Of a stretch of DNA of 64,000 nt, positions 52,143-63,529 are shown in pieces. This DNA is from Halichondria panicea. Its lineage: Eukaryota. Position 1 is the stretch's first letter. The number at the start of each line of letters is the position of its first letter. Where the stretch lies: NCBI RefSeq assembly GCF_963675165.1, contig NC_087384.1, positions 2,614,315-2,678,314 on the forward strand, given 5' to 3'. The position numbers and the translations under genes are program-made. A model generated the notes under the pieces. That model had not been told where the DNA came from and did not search any database. It saw only the letters and a list, made by a program, of their open reading frames with translations.

Positions 52143-54896
52143 GTGAGCATCGTTCATCGTATAGCGTGAAATGTTCGCTGATTTCGTTGGTTTGCTATCC
52201 TACACGAAAATTAAGTCCACGAAAATTGTGCAACAAAATCCTTTTAGAGGCCATTCCACGAAATATAGTCTAAGTGCCTTGAAAATTTCACACTATGCAG
52301 TAATTTATATTGAGCAAAGTAGATACACATACACTTTTGGATGTACGTTTTGAAGCAATACATGTATATTTTTTTAATCGTAGGAGTAGCAGTTCTGCTG
52401 TCTCACTTACCTATTGAACAGTATCGATCAATTGCTTGGTTCAACATGGCTTGTGGTGTAACTGTACTACTATTGTTTATGTTTTTCTTTCGCGGTGAAT
52501 CAAGTTGGGAAAATGTCAGCAACATCACTAAAATGTGCCGGTGCAGTTGCCAGTGTAAAACTGAAAAAGATATCAAGTTTGGATCACTTCAAATATTCAT
52601 ATCCTCAAAATCCATACCAATCATGCGAGTGTTTTATGCACATTAATTTATGCACATTAATTTTATATACCCTATTACTAATCATAATTGGTAGCATAAT
52701 TAATGAGAATTGTGCTGGCATACTGGGCACCTTTAAATAATCAGCTTTCAAATTATGTCTACCTACCGTATAGCGTGTAATTTCGTAGGGCAAATATTCC
52801 TGGTTTTCGTGGTTGGAGGTCTGACCACGAATATGTTACCCACGAATAAAGCGACCTTGCCTACCTTTACCTGCAGTGCAAGCAGCAACCATGAAAATAC
52901 TACCCACGAAATGTCTCAATATTGTTGAACCACGAATATTTTGTCCCCCGAAAATTACCCACTATACGGTATTACTATACTGTTTTGCAGAATGCATGCT
53001 AAAGCCATAATTGACCACATAGCTTCTGAGGTTGAACTCAACGCAAATAGACTTTAGTACGTACGTACTTGTATGACAACATGATCCTTGCAAGATTGTG
53101 ATCCAAAATTGTCAATATTTATGCTGATTTTGCTCGTTTATTGCTTGCAAAACAATGTAATAAATATACGATAGTTCTTTATAAACATTTACTGCATGCA
53201 TTGTATTGTGTTCATGAATGTTTCCTGAACATTGCTAATTACATTATTGTTAGTCTACATCTTCTCTCATTTGTTGAGATGATGAAGTGGGCCTATCTTG
53301 ACGTTCTGCTGAATCCAGTTCTCAGTGACTCATTTGGCCTCTCTTTGGGAATGTCTTCCTACTTCTACTTGGCATTGGCAGTTCCTCGAATCTTAGGAAC
53401 GGTGTTGTTGTAAGTGAACTATTTTTGACAATGTGATATTATCATTTACCCTCTCTCGGCCCTCCTCTATATAAGTAAAATGTAATGAAATACGAGCAAA
53501 ATCTAGCATTGGTTCAGAGGCTTCATTCTAAATGTACAGTGTCAGGACTGTACTCTCAACCTCCTCACCCCAAATGTTACAATAATGCTAAGATGGCCAT
53601 GAAATAATACCTTAGTATGAATTCTGATGTGGTGGCAAATACCACTCCTCTCCTAATATCTATCCTAATTATGTACAGGGTTATCCTACAGAGGATCAAG
53701 TTCACTACCCAAACAGTTGCGTTCATTGGTATTCTATTGTCACTGATTGGCTACTTACTAATATCAGACTGGCAAACCATTCCGTACGACCCCTGCACCA
53801 AATACAGTCCATTTCATCATCCAGAACTGTCACAGAATGATAGCTCACACCACACCCACAATGAAACAGAAATAAAATGGATGTTTGATACACGACCTGT
53901 GAATCGTGTTCCATTTACTACTGATTTATCGTTCACAGTGCATTCTGGTATTAATGGTAGTCACGATAAGCTTCCTACGAAAACCTCTAGTCGCTTACAT
54001 TTAACTTGTCAAGTGAATGCAGATTGTTCCCTTGTTTGCGAAACACAACGAACCGATCAACTATGTTTAACGCTCATCTACCCAAACAGTGACAATCCAT
54101 TACTTCTTAAACCCACAGCCTACTCTTGCTCTATACAACACAACACATTATGTATCAACATTTATCATCAATCTAAAAGGAACTTACTTCTACAATCGAA
54201 CGCAAATGTTCAACGTCTGATGGTGCTACCAGCTGCTGTTTATGACAAGGCAAGTAACTCGTGTATGAATTCTATTGATGGACAATGTCACTGGATACCA
54301 TTCTCAACATTAACACACAAGAAGTGTATTGACTGTCCCCCTATTTGTAGAGGAAAGCAACAAACGCTTCTTTTTCCACTCTTTATACTTGGAATGGCTC
54401 TCCAGGTGATGTCAAATCCATTAATATGGGTTCCCACAATCGCCCTTGCTACCAATCAGACCCCTAAGAGTATGCAGGTAAATATGCACTTATTATTAAT
54501 AATTATGCCAAAAATTGTTTTGAGGTGCTTATTCTACACAGGCAATCATTATTGGTAGTATTAACGCCATCAATGCTGTTGGACAGAGCATTGGACCAAT
54601 ATTAGGTGAGTCCATGCACGTGTGCCCACATCGAACACAAGTCATATTATAATTATTTCACTGATGAAGTGTGTCAATCGTAAACCCTATAGAGTAAACC
54701 ACCGATTATCGAACACATGCTATTTTTGAATGCTTATTCTCGAGGACAGCGGCTCAGAGTAGCACTGAAGTATAGACTACTGTAGTCTTTCTAATTATAG
54801 AACCACCCTAATACATGCACCAACCAGATAACCCTGCGTGTGTAGCAGGGGTAGAGTGATTGGTGTGTGTGTGTGCGTGTGTCAGTTTGTGTGGGT

Positions 54897-54938
<42 letters not shown>

Positions 54939-55473
54939 ACACAAACATGAGTTGTTTGAGCAAACTAGACACTGATAAATGAGAAATTAGTTGAAAAATA
55001 GGCTAATCCGCTATGGTTACAGTTGAAACTATATGTATGCGATCTTCGAAGGCGACAAAAACACTGTTTTCTAATCGAGGAAGCTGGCCGTGAGTTTGGA
55101 TGCGATCTTCGAAGGCGACAAAAACACTGTTTTCTAATCGATCTAATCGAGGAAGCTGGCCGTGAGTTTGGACATGAATAGAGCCTTACCTATACCTATA
55201 CTAGGTACTATTACTAAACTTAGTGGTCTGAGCCGCTGTCCTTGAGAACAAGCGTTCCAAAATAGCATGTGTTCGATAGTTGGTGTTTACTCTACTCTAC
55301 TCATGATCAGTGTGCACATTTGATAACGTTGTGTCATATCCTATGCAGTGGATGCACTATATGAAGGAGCACAGAAGAGAACATTTATTCCATCTACTCT
55401 ACTGGCCGTTTTACACATTCCTTTCTTAATTGGAATTATAATTTTGTATCAAAAGTTAGGACCTAAAAAATAG
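51728..55473 (+). CDS. Gene span (partial model): MFS-superfamily transporter with a large Cys-rich extracellular loop (SLCO/OATP-like)
   Basis: Hydrophobic TM-like exons; one 266-codon exon encodes a Cys-rich loop (CQVNADCSLVCETQRTDQLC ... GQCHWIPFS ... KKCIDCPPICRG) between TM segments; exons 51728-52142, 52384-52494, 53679-54477, 54542-54605, 55349-55473; further exons (about 53200-53411; 5' exon possibly 50413-50621) are unresolved. Confidence 0.5.
52384..52494 (+). CDS. MFS transporter exon (GVAVLLSHLPIEQYRSIAWFNMACGVTVLLLFMFFFR)
   Basis: ORF 52341..52646 frame; atcgtAG acceptor; the GTGAAT donor is uncertain. Confidence 0.4.
52795..52985 (+). repeat. CACGAA-rich dispersed repeat (MITE/SINE-like), direct copy; the inverted copy is at 51530-51635 and another copy sits at the window start (1-100)
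   Basis: Shared ...caaccatgaaaatactacccacgaaatgtctcaatattgttgaaccacgaatattttgtcccccgaaaattacccactatacggta... Confidence 0.65.
53679..54477 (+). CDS. MFS transporter exon with the Cys-rich extracellular loop (266 codons)
   Basis: ORF 53617..54558 frame; tgtacAG acceptor, GTAAAT donor after ...KSMQ. Confidence 0.55.
54542..54605 (+). CDS. MFS transporter exon (AIIIGSINAINAVGQSIGPIL)
   Basis: ctacacAG acceptor, GTGAGT donor. Confidence 0.5.
54668..55310. repeat. Foldback element in an MFS-transporter intron (~80-bp inverted arms flanking (GT)n and a 2 x 62-bp tandem)
   Basis: 54690-54760 is the reverse complement of 55228-55300; (GT)n at 54871-54938. Confidence 0.6.
55349..55473 (+). CDS. MFS transporter terminal exon (VDALYEGAQKRTFIPSTLLAVLHIPFLIGIIILYQKLGPKK, TAG stop)
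   Basis: ctatgcAG acceptor; stop 55471-55473. Confidence 0.5.
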
Positions 55474-55978
55474 CGTAGACTCTAAGATGAAACAAAGTAT
55501 ACAAGTATCGAATGATACCAGTCAGTTTAATTTGTGCATTTCAGTGTTCACTGATTTTGTTTAGCAGTTTCATGGTCAATTGTGAATGGAAGCCTTTACG
55601 GAAAATAATTAAGGTTACTACAGTAGACTCTCGAGTACGCGGTCACCTCGATAATTACAACTGGCCATTCATTTTGGTTTGGCACGGATTGCTAGAGCTC
55701 GATGTTTACTGCACAAAACTCACCCTGAAATGCGGCCACTCGCTATTCTGTATACTGGCCAGTACTGATTGCCCCAAAACAATGTAATTTTGTGCGGCCG
55801 GATATGACTTTTGGGTGTGGTTTGGCAGATAAAATTGGATTACACAGACAGAACAAAATATTACTAATTTCTTTCGAGGTAAGGTCTTTTTAGCTGCGGC
55901 TATTTTCTAAAGTGCAGCCGGTACCTCGCTATTCCGGCCAAGCTGCCTCCCACTATGGTGACCAGATTAACGAGAGTC

Positions 55979-56283
55979 TACCAAATGTATAAATGGTGCA
56001 AAAATAAGCGTGCATTGGATTCGTTCGCCAGATGTTGCGAAGGGAATATTGGATATCTCATAGACTAGGCAATGTACAGAGGATAGTAGTCTCGCACTGG
56101 CACCTATTTAACGTTAGGTCAAGGCTAGCTGGTGCCAAATGTATAAATGATGCAAAGTATATTGGATCTGTCCGCCATATGTTGCGAAGGGAATTTGGAT
56201 ATCCATAGGCTGGGCAATGTACAGAGGACAGTAGTCTCCACCAGCCCCGATTAAAGTAATGTTAGGTCAGGGCTAGCTGATGC
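55979..56283. repeat. 2 x ~160-bp tandem repeat
   Basis: taccaaatgtataaatggtgcaaa...ggtcaaggctagctggtg repeats with ~85% identity. Confidence 0.7.
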
Positions 56284-56537
56284 GAGACTAAGAGAAAAAG
56301 ACCTACTTCGTTGGATGATATAATAGAGACATCTTTAAGATGCCACTATTATCAGCCATCCCATCACAGAATGGTTTGTATTACCATAGATTGAAGAGTT
56401 CAATCTATGGTATTACAAGGTTCATCAATGTATGTAGAATTGATCTTTACCCAGCGATCGTAATTTGAAGCAGCGGTAAAAAAGTCCTGCGTAGGCCTAA
56501 CGCTCTCTACCAGATGTGCTAAACTAAAAAGTTTTAA

Positions 56538-56741
56538 ATGGATATAGAGCTAGAGTCAGAGAAGTTTGGCCTTTTCTTGAAAAATGTACCATCCCAAGAG
56601 GCTACTAGGTCACACCCAAAGATCTTTAGTAATGAATTCTCGATGTTAGTCCTCCCAAAAGATGTAAGGCTACCGTGTTCAGAATTCACTGGACCACAGT
56701 CCAATGTCACCGTAGTTGTCAGCAAGCACACACCTCCAACC
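56538..56741 (+). CDS. ZWILCH: ZWILCH exon 1 (ATG 56538)
   Basis: ORF 56538..56774; GTAAGT donor at 56742. Confidence 0.7.
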
Positions 56742-58358
56742 GTAAGTATATATAAGTGTGAAGGAACGATTTAGGGACAGTACATATTTTTCATATTTTT
56801 CAATTTGTTTGATCTGCAGCCCTCCAAATCTTTGGGGTTTCCACTGGAGGTAGTTCAAGGTGTATGCGTGGGACAGCCTATTATGCAGAATCAGGTGCAC
56901 CTACCAAGCTCACATCCCAAAAATGAGAAACTCCCGACCAATCTGATCAATTCCGAACCTGTAGCAGACGTATCTACACTGATACCCCTAACTCTGGACG
57001 AAGCTCGCTATATTGCCTCTCTTTACTCCATCAGCACCAAGACCTCTTCCTCTCTGCCCAATCTATGGATTATGTGCTCTAGTGAGAAGCCAAAAATTGT
57101 TTCACTTGGAACTTCTTTCAACAATTCCACCCTCTACATCTACACCATCACGCTTCAAGAAACTCTTCACTCTGAGTCTAGCAGGAAAGGTGTTTTCAAG
57201 CAACAAAATCACTTCAATGGACCTGTGTTTAGTCGGTATGCGATTGCCGGCTCTTCAAGTAGCGATGACGATGAATCTGGTAGCTTGTCTGTCGAGTTTA
57301 ACTGGTCTGAAGCTGAACGACCACTTAGTCTACCACCTGAAAGTTCCCACGCAGTAATCAAGGTGTCCGCAAAACCGGGCTATACTTTCTCACCTGTATT
57401 GGCTACCTACAGTGAGCTGTCCACTTTGCTCGCATTTTGTCTCTCTGGGGTGTCCGAATGGCCACTTCAAGAGCACCCCAGTCAGCAAGATACAATGGGC
57501 CAGCTAACTAAGAAGATTGACTCATTTCTCGGTGATGTAGCCTCCCCTCTCACACAAGTGCTGGACACGACTGTGATTTCACCTACTGCTGACAATAGTA
57601 TTTACGAGACGAGAAAGGATTTAGATTTTGCTGAGCGACTATGGATGTTTGCTAAAGATGTGACTAGCCTGGATGAGCTTCAAGAGATATTTGGCGCTGT
57701 TTTCAAAGCTCTTCTTCTCGGACAAGTACAACCTTTTGTTCACCGTACCAGCTCCTCAACACTCGCAATACTCCTGCGTCAATTACTGCAGTGTTCCTCC
57801 ACTGAAGAGAGACAAGCACTTGCCCCGAGGTATCAGTCCCTCCTCTCACCTACCAAACTACTACCTTGCCTCATACAAATAGGCTTGGAGAAAATGAGAC
57901 GTGATTATCGAACGTTTTTCATCAGCTCAGATATTGTCACAGACAACCAACTGGACCATTTTTTCTCTGAATTTTCCTCACAATCACAGCTAGCTAAATG
58001 CCGCATTCTGTGCAAGCTGCACTGTGTGCTGGAGATCAACGCATCGCTTCTCTCATTTCTCAACCTACCCTCTTCTGTTTTATCGTCGTTGACTAAAACT
58101 GCTCTCCAAGTTTATCGAGAAATGCCTTTCAAGTCGTTCTCTACTACACCTACATTTTCACTGCCCCTTGCCCCATATTCACCAAGCCTCAAGTCGCTAG
58201 TCTGTCTATGCAACAAACTCCATCCAACAACCTGGAAGGCCACACAGGGCAAGGAACAAGCTATGATCTTGTACAGGAACGAGCCGCTGTATGGAAAAAG
58301 CGAGGACAGTGACAATTATTCTGTATACAAAGCTAGATGTGACATTTCATATTTGTGA
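56538..58358 (+). CDS. ZWILCH: Gene span: kinetochore RZZ-complex protein Zwilch, 2 coding exons (56538-56741, 56820-58358), ~580 aa
   Basis: DLDFAERLWMFAKDVTSLDELQEIFGAVFKALLLGQVQPFVHRTSSSTLAILLRQ and QIGLEKMRRDYRTFFIS match human ZWILCH (DLDFAEQLW...IQPWLHSGSNSLLSKLIHQ; EIGLDKLKKDY). Confidence 0.8.
56820..58358 (+). CDS. ZWILCH: ZWILCH exon 2 (terminal)
   Basis: ORF 56805..58358 frame; gatctgcAG acceptor. Confidence 0.75.
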   Translation, partial: PSKSLGFPLEVVQGVCVGQPIMQNQVHLPSSHPKNEKLPTNLINSEPVADVSTLIPLTLDEARYIASLYSISTKTSSSLPNLWIMCSSEKPKIVSLGTSFNNSTLYIYTITLQETLHSESSRKGVFKQQNHFNGPVFSRYAIAGSSSSDDDESGSLSVEFNWSEAERPLSLPPESSHAVIKVSAKPGYTFSPVLATYSELSTLLAFCLSGVSEWPLQEHPSQQDTMGQLTKKIDSFLGDVASPLTQVLDTTVISPTADNSIYETRKDLDFAERLWMFAKDVTSLDELQEIFGAVFKALLLGQVQPFVHRTSSSTLAILLRQLLQCSSTEERQALAPRYQSLLSPTKLLPCLIQIGLEKMRRDYRTFFISSDIVTDNQLDHFFSEFSSQSQLAKCRILCKLHCVLEINASLLSFLNLPSSVLSSLTKTALQVYREMPFKSFSTTPTFSLPLAPYSPSLKSLVCLCNKLHPTTWKATQGKEQAMILYRNEPLYGKSEDSDNYSVYKARCDISYL

Positions 58359-58693
58359 TCGTATGCAGCTACGTTTTATGCTAAGTGTTATAATTATACT
58401 TAATTTAGGTCTATACCAGAAACTCCACATGCAAATGTCATGCAACTTTGTCTCTAAAAAGCCACGCCCATCTAATTAGTTTTGCTGACATAAACATTAA
58501 TGTTCATGTAGAACTAGACGAATGGCAGTTCCTGCTGAAGAGTGGAGGCATCCAGACAAGAGGAGAATAATTATCAAGAAGCTGTAAGTCTTGAAAATCA
58601 ATCACCAAAGCTGACGGGCTAGCCTGAATATCAGTCCGTATGTAATTATTCTGCCTGCGTACCGATCTGTACTGTTATGTGGTACGCACACTA

Positions 58694-58856
58694 TCAGGGC
58701 TGCATTGAGGGGGGGGCGAGGGGGGTAATTCGCCCCCCCTAGAATTTGGCAGATTCCTTTATGCTGCTATAATTCTGATGACTTTGTCCCTCCTACATTT
58801 TTTAATTGCCCAATTCGCCCCCCCTGATCCAAAATCCTGGATGCAGCCGGCCCTGA
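58694..58856. repeat. Small palindromic MITE-like element (arms TCAGGGCTGCAT...GGGGGGGCGAATTA / CAATTCGCCCCCCC...TGCAGCCGGCCCTGA)
   Basis: Inverted ~45-bp arms with G7/C7 cores. Confidence 0.5.
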
Positions 58857-60396
58857 CTATAATTATTATACCGTGTTTATTTAACTGTGTATATGCCCTT
58901 TTTTCTTGTGAATTTGATGTGGTCCAATTGGAGGTTGGGTCAATAAAGTTAACGATGACTCTAATTTTCACGGCTGGTATCCCCCCACTAGCATCCGTCT
59001 TTCTCAGTGCCACTATTATGATTTTCCAGTGGCACATAAATAGAACACACAAATAAACTACAATACCAGTTTGGCGCTTAGCAGTAGAACGTAGAGTAAC
59101 AATAGCTGTTTCTACGAGGCTATCATATCAGTTGTACAATTAAAAGACGTGTATTTTCTAAGTACCTAAGCCAGCAAAAAATAACTTGGCGCTCAATTCG
59201 ATAAATTATTTTGTGGGCTCGGCGCTTCTATTAGAGTAAGTACTGTAATTAGAATAAAGACGGTACTTTTATCATACTGTAGAAACTGGATTATTAGCGC
59301 TTGCTCGATTATAAGCATATATATATTTATTTTAAGCGCATGCAGGTTTTTTCTTCGAATTGTAGCACTTTTCCAATTATGCAAAGGAGCTAACTATGAG
59401 ATGTACTGTCTGTATAGTGTGATATCCATCTGAAAGGACTCTTGGGCAAGCTGTTACCTTGTCTGAAGAGAATAGAGACTTAGATGAGGTGGACTTTACC
59501 CTTTTTGTTCCATTTCCTGGTCAATTTGTTATACAATGAACTGTAGCATAATAATAATTATGATATAGCATGATATAGGTCTAGTTAGGGTAGCCTGCTT
59601 CCCTAGCTCACTCACTTTCTAGCTAGCTAGCTGTCACAGAGACATCCGGTTACTGGGTGGGGCTAAAAATGACTGCAATAATTATAGGCGCATTCTCGAA
59701 TATAAGCGTATGCAGCTCTGCTATTGACCCCATGAGCGCGTGCACTAATAATACGGTAGATTTGTAGGAGAGAGGGATTGGAAACGGATGTCAAAACGTC
59801 TACTTTTACACAGGGGGTATGGCTTAATTCTGAAACCTGTTGCCCTTGGAAATACTTAAGGCCGACTTTTCTAAAACTTGTTTTCCATACTCTTTGTTGG
59901 TGGGTATCGTGTGGAAAATTTAATGGTCAAATAATGCTCTCGATTGTTGAGAAATGGCTAGAGGTACATAGCGTTTTCTTTCACACTTCTGAGATGCTTC
60001 TGTACCTATGATATTTATACACTGTAGTATAGCTAAGACTGCCTAACTAAGTAGTGTACCAGGTCACATAATGACCTCAAGTGTCAAAAGTGTCAAAAAA
60101 AGTGCAAGTTGTGTCTCTTAGCCTGAATTTTTTTAGTATATAGGCCTCGAGTACAACCGGGGCAACACGGATGACAATTCGTTTCCAATCCCTCTTTTCT
60201 TCATCTAATAATGGCAGCACATTATTTCTGCCATATACATGTACAGTTTGCCTTTCTACATGTACCTTTTAAAGTTAAAATTAAACCCCTCGAAAATTTC
60301 GCGCTATACGGTATGTCATATTGATGCAAACATTCTGTCTGTACTGGCTTTATTCTTTAACTGCTGTAGTTGATGGCGAGCATGCGTATATATATG

Positions 60397-60566
60397 TACA
60401 GTAGAACCTCGGCCATCCATTATTCAGAACTCGATTATCCGGCATGGCAAGGATAGGGTAAAGTTCAACTAGTAATTCAATCATGGCGTGGTACGTATCT
60501 ATTCGATTATCCGTTATCCAGCCTGCCTCTGTAACCAAGGTGTCTGGATAGTCGAGGTTCTACTGT
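60397..60566. mobile_element. Second copy of the GGAACCTCGATTATCCGG-TIR MITE family (170 bp)
   Basis: TIRs tacagtagaacctcg / cgaggttctactgta; internal CGATTATCCG repeats. Confidence 0.6.
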
Positions 60567-61059
60567 ACAAAGGTCATTATAATTATGTCTACCCTCAAAC
60601 GCAGAGAGGAGGCTTACTCGGGCGGCTTGACTGGTATACAGCAGAGCCCTCAAGAGCTGGAGCAAGCTGTCTATGACAAGTCCAAGACTAGAGTGAGTGT
60701 TCACAATGTATGTTAGTATGCTAATAGTCCTTTAAGGTGTTCTCTGTGCCTTTAGTGCCATTTTGGTGAGTACTTCCCATCAGTTTGTTTCAATAATCAA
60801 CTGTATTATTATACGCCTCCCGAAAATCCTGGTGGGCGTGGCACGGTAAGGGTTAATGTAGCTCTCTGTTTATAAAACACAAAATTTGAGCATGTTCATA
60901 TCTAGGGCCGTTTGATCCTGTTTTGTTTGCAGCAGTGTTTCATCTAGGATAAAAAGTTTGGGGAGAGGGATTTGGGCGTGCTTTAAAATGTTTGACTAAG
61001 TTGAGATAATTACATTAACCAATGTGACAAAGTCATTATTCTACTAATAATAATGAAAG

Positions 61060-62034
61060 CACTGCAGGTGCTGATGCCTCGGTGGAGATGGCAAAGCTAT
61101 ATAACATATAATAGCTTTTATACACATGATGAACATTTTTGCAATTTTGCTGCATGTAAACTCAAGGAGTGGGTAATGATCGACCATGATTGTTGTTAAA
61201 AACGATCGATGCCAAAGTTTAAGTCTAAAATTAATGGCTGCATCAGCAGAGCCTTGCAGCTCTCTTCTCACTCTTGCAGCTACCAATAGCTAGCGTTCTA
61301 GTGCAGAGCTAACTACTCAGTAGAGTCTGGGGAGGTCGATACGAGCGGACATGTTTCGACGTAAGAGTATTCAATCCTCACGCAAGCTTCAACAGACAAT
61401 CGACCCTAGCCAGCACCTACCGGAAACATAAACTATCAAAAAAGGATGTATGAACGAAGAGTAAGACAAATTGAACATTCGTCCTTTACACCACTTGTCA
61501 TGTCTGCTACTGGAGGCTTGGCCACGGAAGCCACAACCTTTTACAAAAGGCTAGCCGCACGCCTTGCTGACAAATAGGAGCACTCGTACTCATCTACCAT
61601 GGCATGGCTCCGTTGCCGATTGACTTTCTCACTACTGCGTTCCGCCTTACAGTGTATCCACGGAGCTCGTTCCGGCATCGGTCACGCTTTCAAAGCAATG
61701 GACCTCTGAACTGCAAATAGGTTAAACTAATAATTATCATCATTACACTGTATACTTTACCTTTATTTTTAGTACTGCCATCTTATATTTTAAAGGGGAC
61801 ACTCCCCCCCCCCTAAAAAAAACTACTAAGTAGAGTAGTAACACTCGGTAAACAAGTTTGGCTACGTGCTCTTTTGAAAAGGCTGCAATGGCATTCCAAG
61901 TAAGCAAAACAGGCATAACTTGAGAACGAAGCATTATTTTGTAAATCTACGAATGAAAACATGACTAGAAGCCCATATAGAAACTCTTACTTGCGCTTCA
62001 TTGATCGTTGAGCAGCTGTAGCAGTCTACACATA

Positions 62035-62125
<91 letters not shown>

Positions 62126-62200
62126 TACACTGCCATATTATCGGTATACCTCGCTTGCGCATGCGCACCGAGGCATAATTGTTACATAGTCAGATCAGTC
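61060..62200 (+). repeat. (CA)n-tailed repeat family, copy split by a ~490-bp insertion
   Basis: Collinear with copy 1 except for the inserted block 61321-61812; (CA)45 at 62033-62122. Confidence 0.75.
61321..61812 (+). mobile_element. 5'-truncated retroelement insertion (ends ...cccccccccTAAAAAAA) flanked by a 14-16-bp target-site duplication (AACTACTMAGTAGAGT)
   Basis: TSD copies at 61305-61320 and 61813-61830; absent from the other repeat copies; the internal sequence has a short open frame (MSATGGLATEATTFYKRLAARLADK). Confidence 0.6.
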
Positions 62201-62577
62201 ACTACTGTAATAAATGTAATGGTTATGTTTGTGGTAAATGTACTTGGACTTCCGGCTTACTGGGAATGTACTGTACGCATACATACTTTTACCATGTTAT
62301 CCTATATACATCCAGGAGGAGTACAATCATTACCTACAGCAGGTGTTGCTGAGACTGGCCAGAGGGAGGAGATCAGGTCAGGGATACTAGTAGTAGTAGT
62401 AGTTTGTGAATAGCAGGGGGCGGGGGTAGGAGACATGATAAGGTGTGTGGCACATACGTAACAGAGACTTTGTCTCTTTGTTTAATATCGATAATTATTG
62501 TGAAGCTGCTTACTCATTTCATGATAAATGTTTGAGTGTAATGGCAACTTTATGGGACCATTGTCATCTTGTTTCAG

Positions 62578-63328
62578 GCGGTCCAACGGGCGGGAACATG
62601 ATGCAACAGGGTGGAATGGGAATGAACCCTACTCCCAGCTATACCCAGCCTCAGTACTCACAGTACTCCAGTGGGGTTCGGCCAGGTGAGCATGGGTGGG
62701 GGGGGGGGGGGGCACTTATTAAAATGCAGTTTGCTATCAGAATGGCATGGTTTGCTTTATGTAGCAAGATAATACAATTTTGGTTGTCTATCGACTAGTT
62801 GAATATCGTATCCTCTGCAGGTGTTGATATGAGTATGGGGATGAACCAGACATCTCAGCCCCCAGGCTATGTTCACCATGGCGGCTATCAAAGGCCTGTG
62901 GTGGCCTCTCACCCTAATCAGCCGTTCAATCAGATTAGGATGCCTGGCCAACAGCAAAGTGAGTAAAGAGTTGCCCACCCACTTTCAATGCATGAAGTGC
63001 CCATAGCATGAGTTTGGAAAATTAAATATGCAGTCGAGAGACCTTCATAATCAATAGTATCAGTGAAACGAAGCTATACTTTTGCTACACAGTTGTAGTC
63101 TCTTTTATTTATTTATTACCACTCCCTCCCCAATGCCCACAATAATGTATGTTAGACACTACATAGACTTGTGCTTTTGATTGCTTCAGTAGCTGATTTG
63201 GACGGGGGTAATAGTTATACTCCCCGCAGTGTACGGCCAGCCCCCTATGGCGAATCAGGGTGGGTATACCGGAATGCCTCCTCGATACAACGTCCACCCC
63301 AACATGATACCTGGGGGCATGATGAGAG
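62578..63328 (+). CDS. 5' part of a Q/P/G/M/Y-rich low-complexity (prion-like) gene, SS18/SSXT-like in composition; exons 62578-62685, 62820-62957, 63230-63328; continues beyond the window
   Basis: Three phase-compatible exons (GGPTGGNMMQQGGMGMNPTPSYTQPQYSQYSSGVRPG; VDMSMGMNQTSQPPGYVHHGGYQRP...QIRMPGQQQ; MYGQPPMANQGGYTGMPPRYNVHPNMIPGGMMR) with AG/GT boundaries; an upstream exon around 60605-60692 is possible but not in phase. Confidence 0.4.
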
Positions 63329-63529
63329 GTAAGTTCCTCCCCTTTATATACTGGCTGCACTGCAGGTTTAGCTTGCTGTTGGTCTCAAAAATGGTTGCTA
63401 TTGTATGTGTACATACATGGATATGTACAGGGTGTTATACGGGGGGGGGAGGGGGATATCCCCTCCCCCCTAAAATTTAGCTCACTACTATGATGAGAAC
63501 GCTTAGGCAACCTCAAAACTGACCTAAGA

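Noticed and set aside
60605-60692. Candidate exon (EEAYSGGLTGIQQSPQELEQAVYDKSKTR) upstream of the Q-rich gene
   Set aside because: It has good AG/GT boundaries and an open frame, but it ends in phase 0 whereas the next confident exon (62578) needs phase 1. Intermediate exons may exist, so it is not annotated as CDS.
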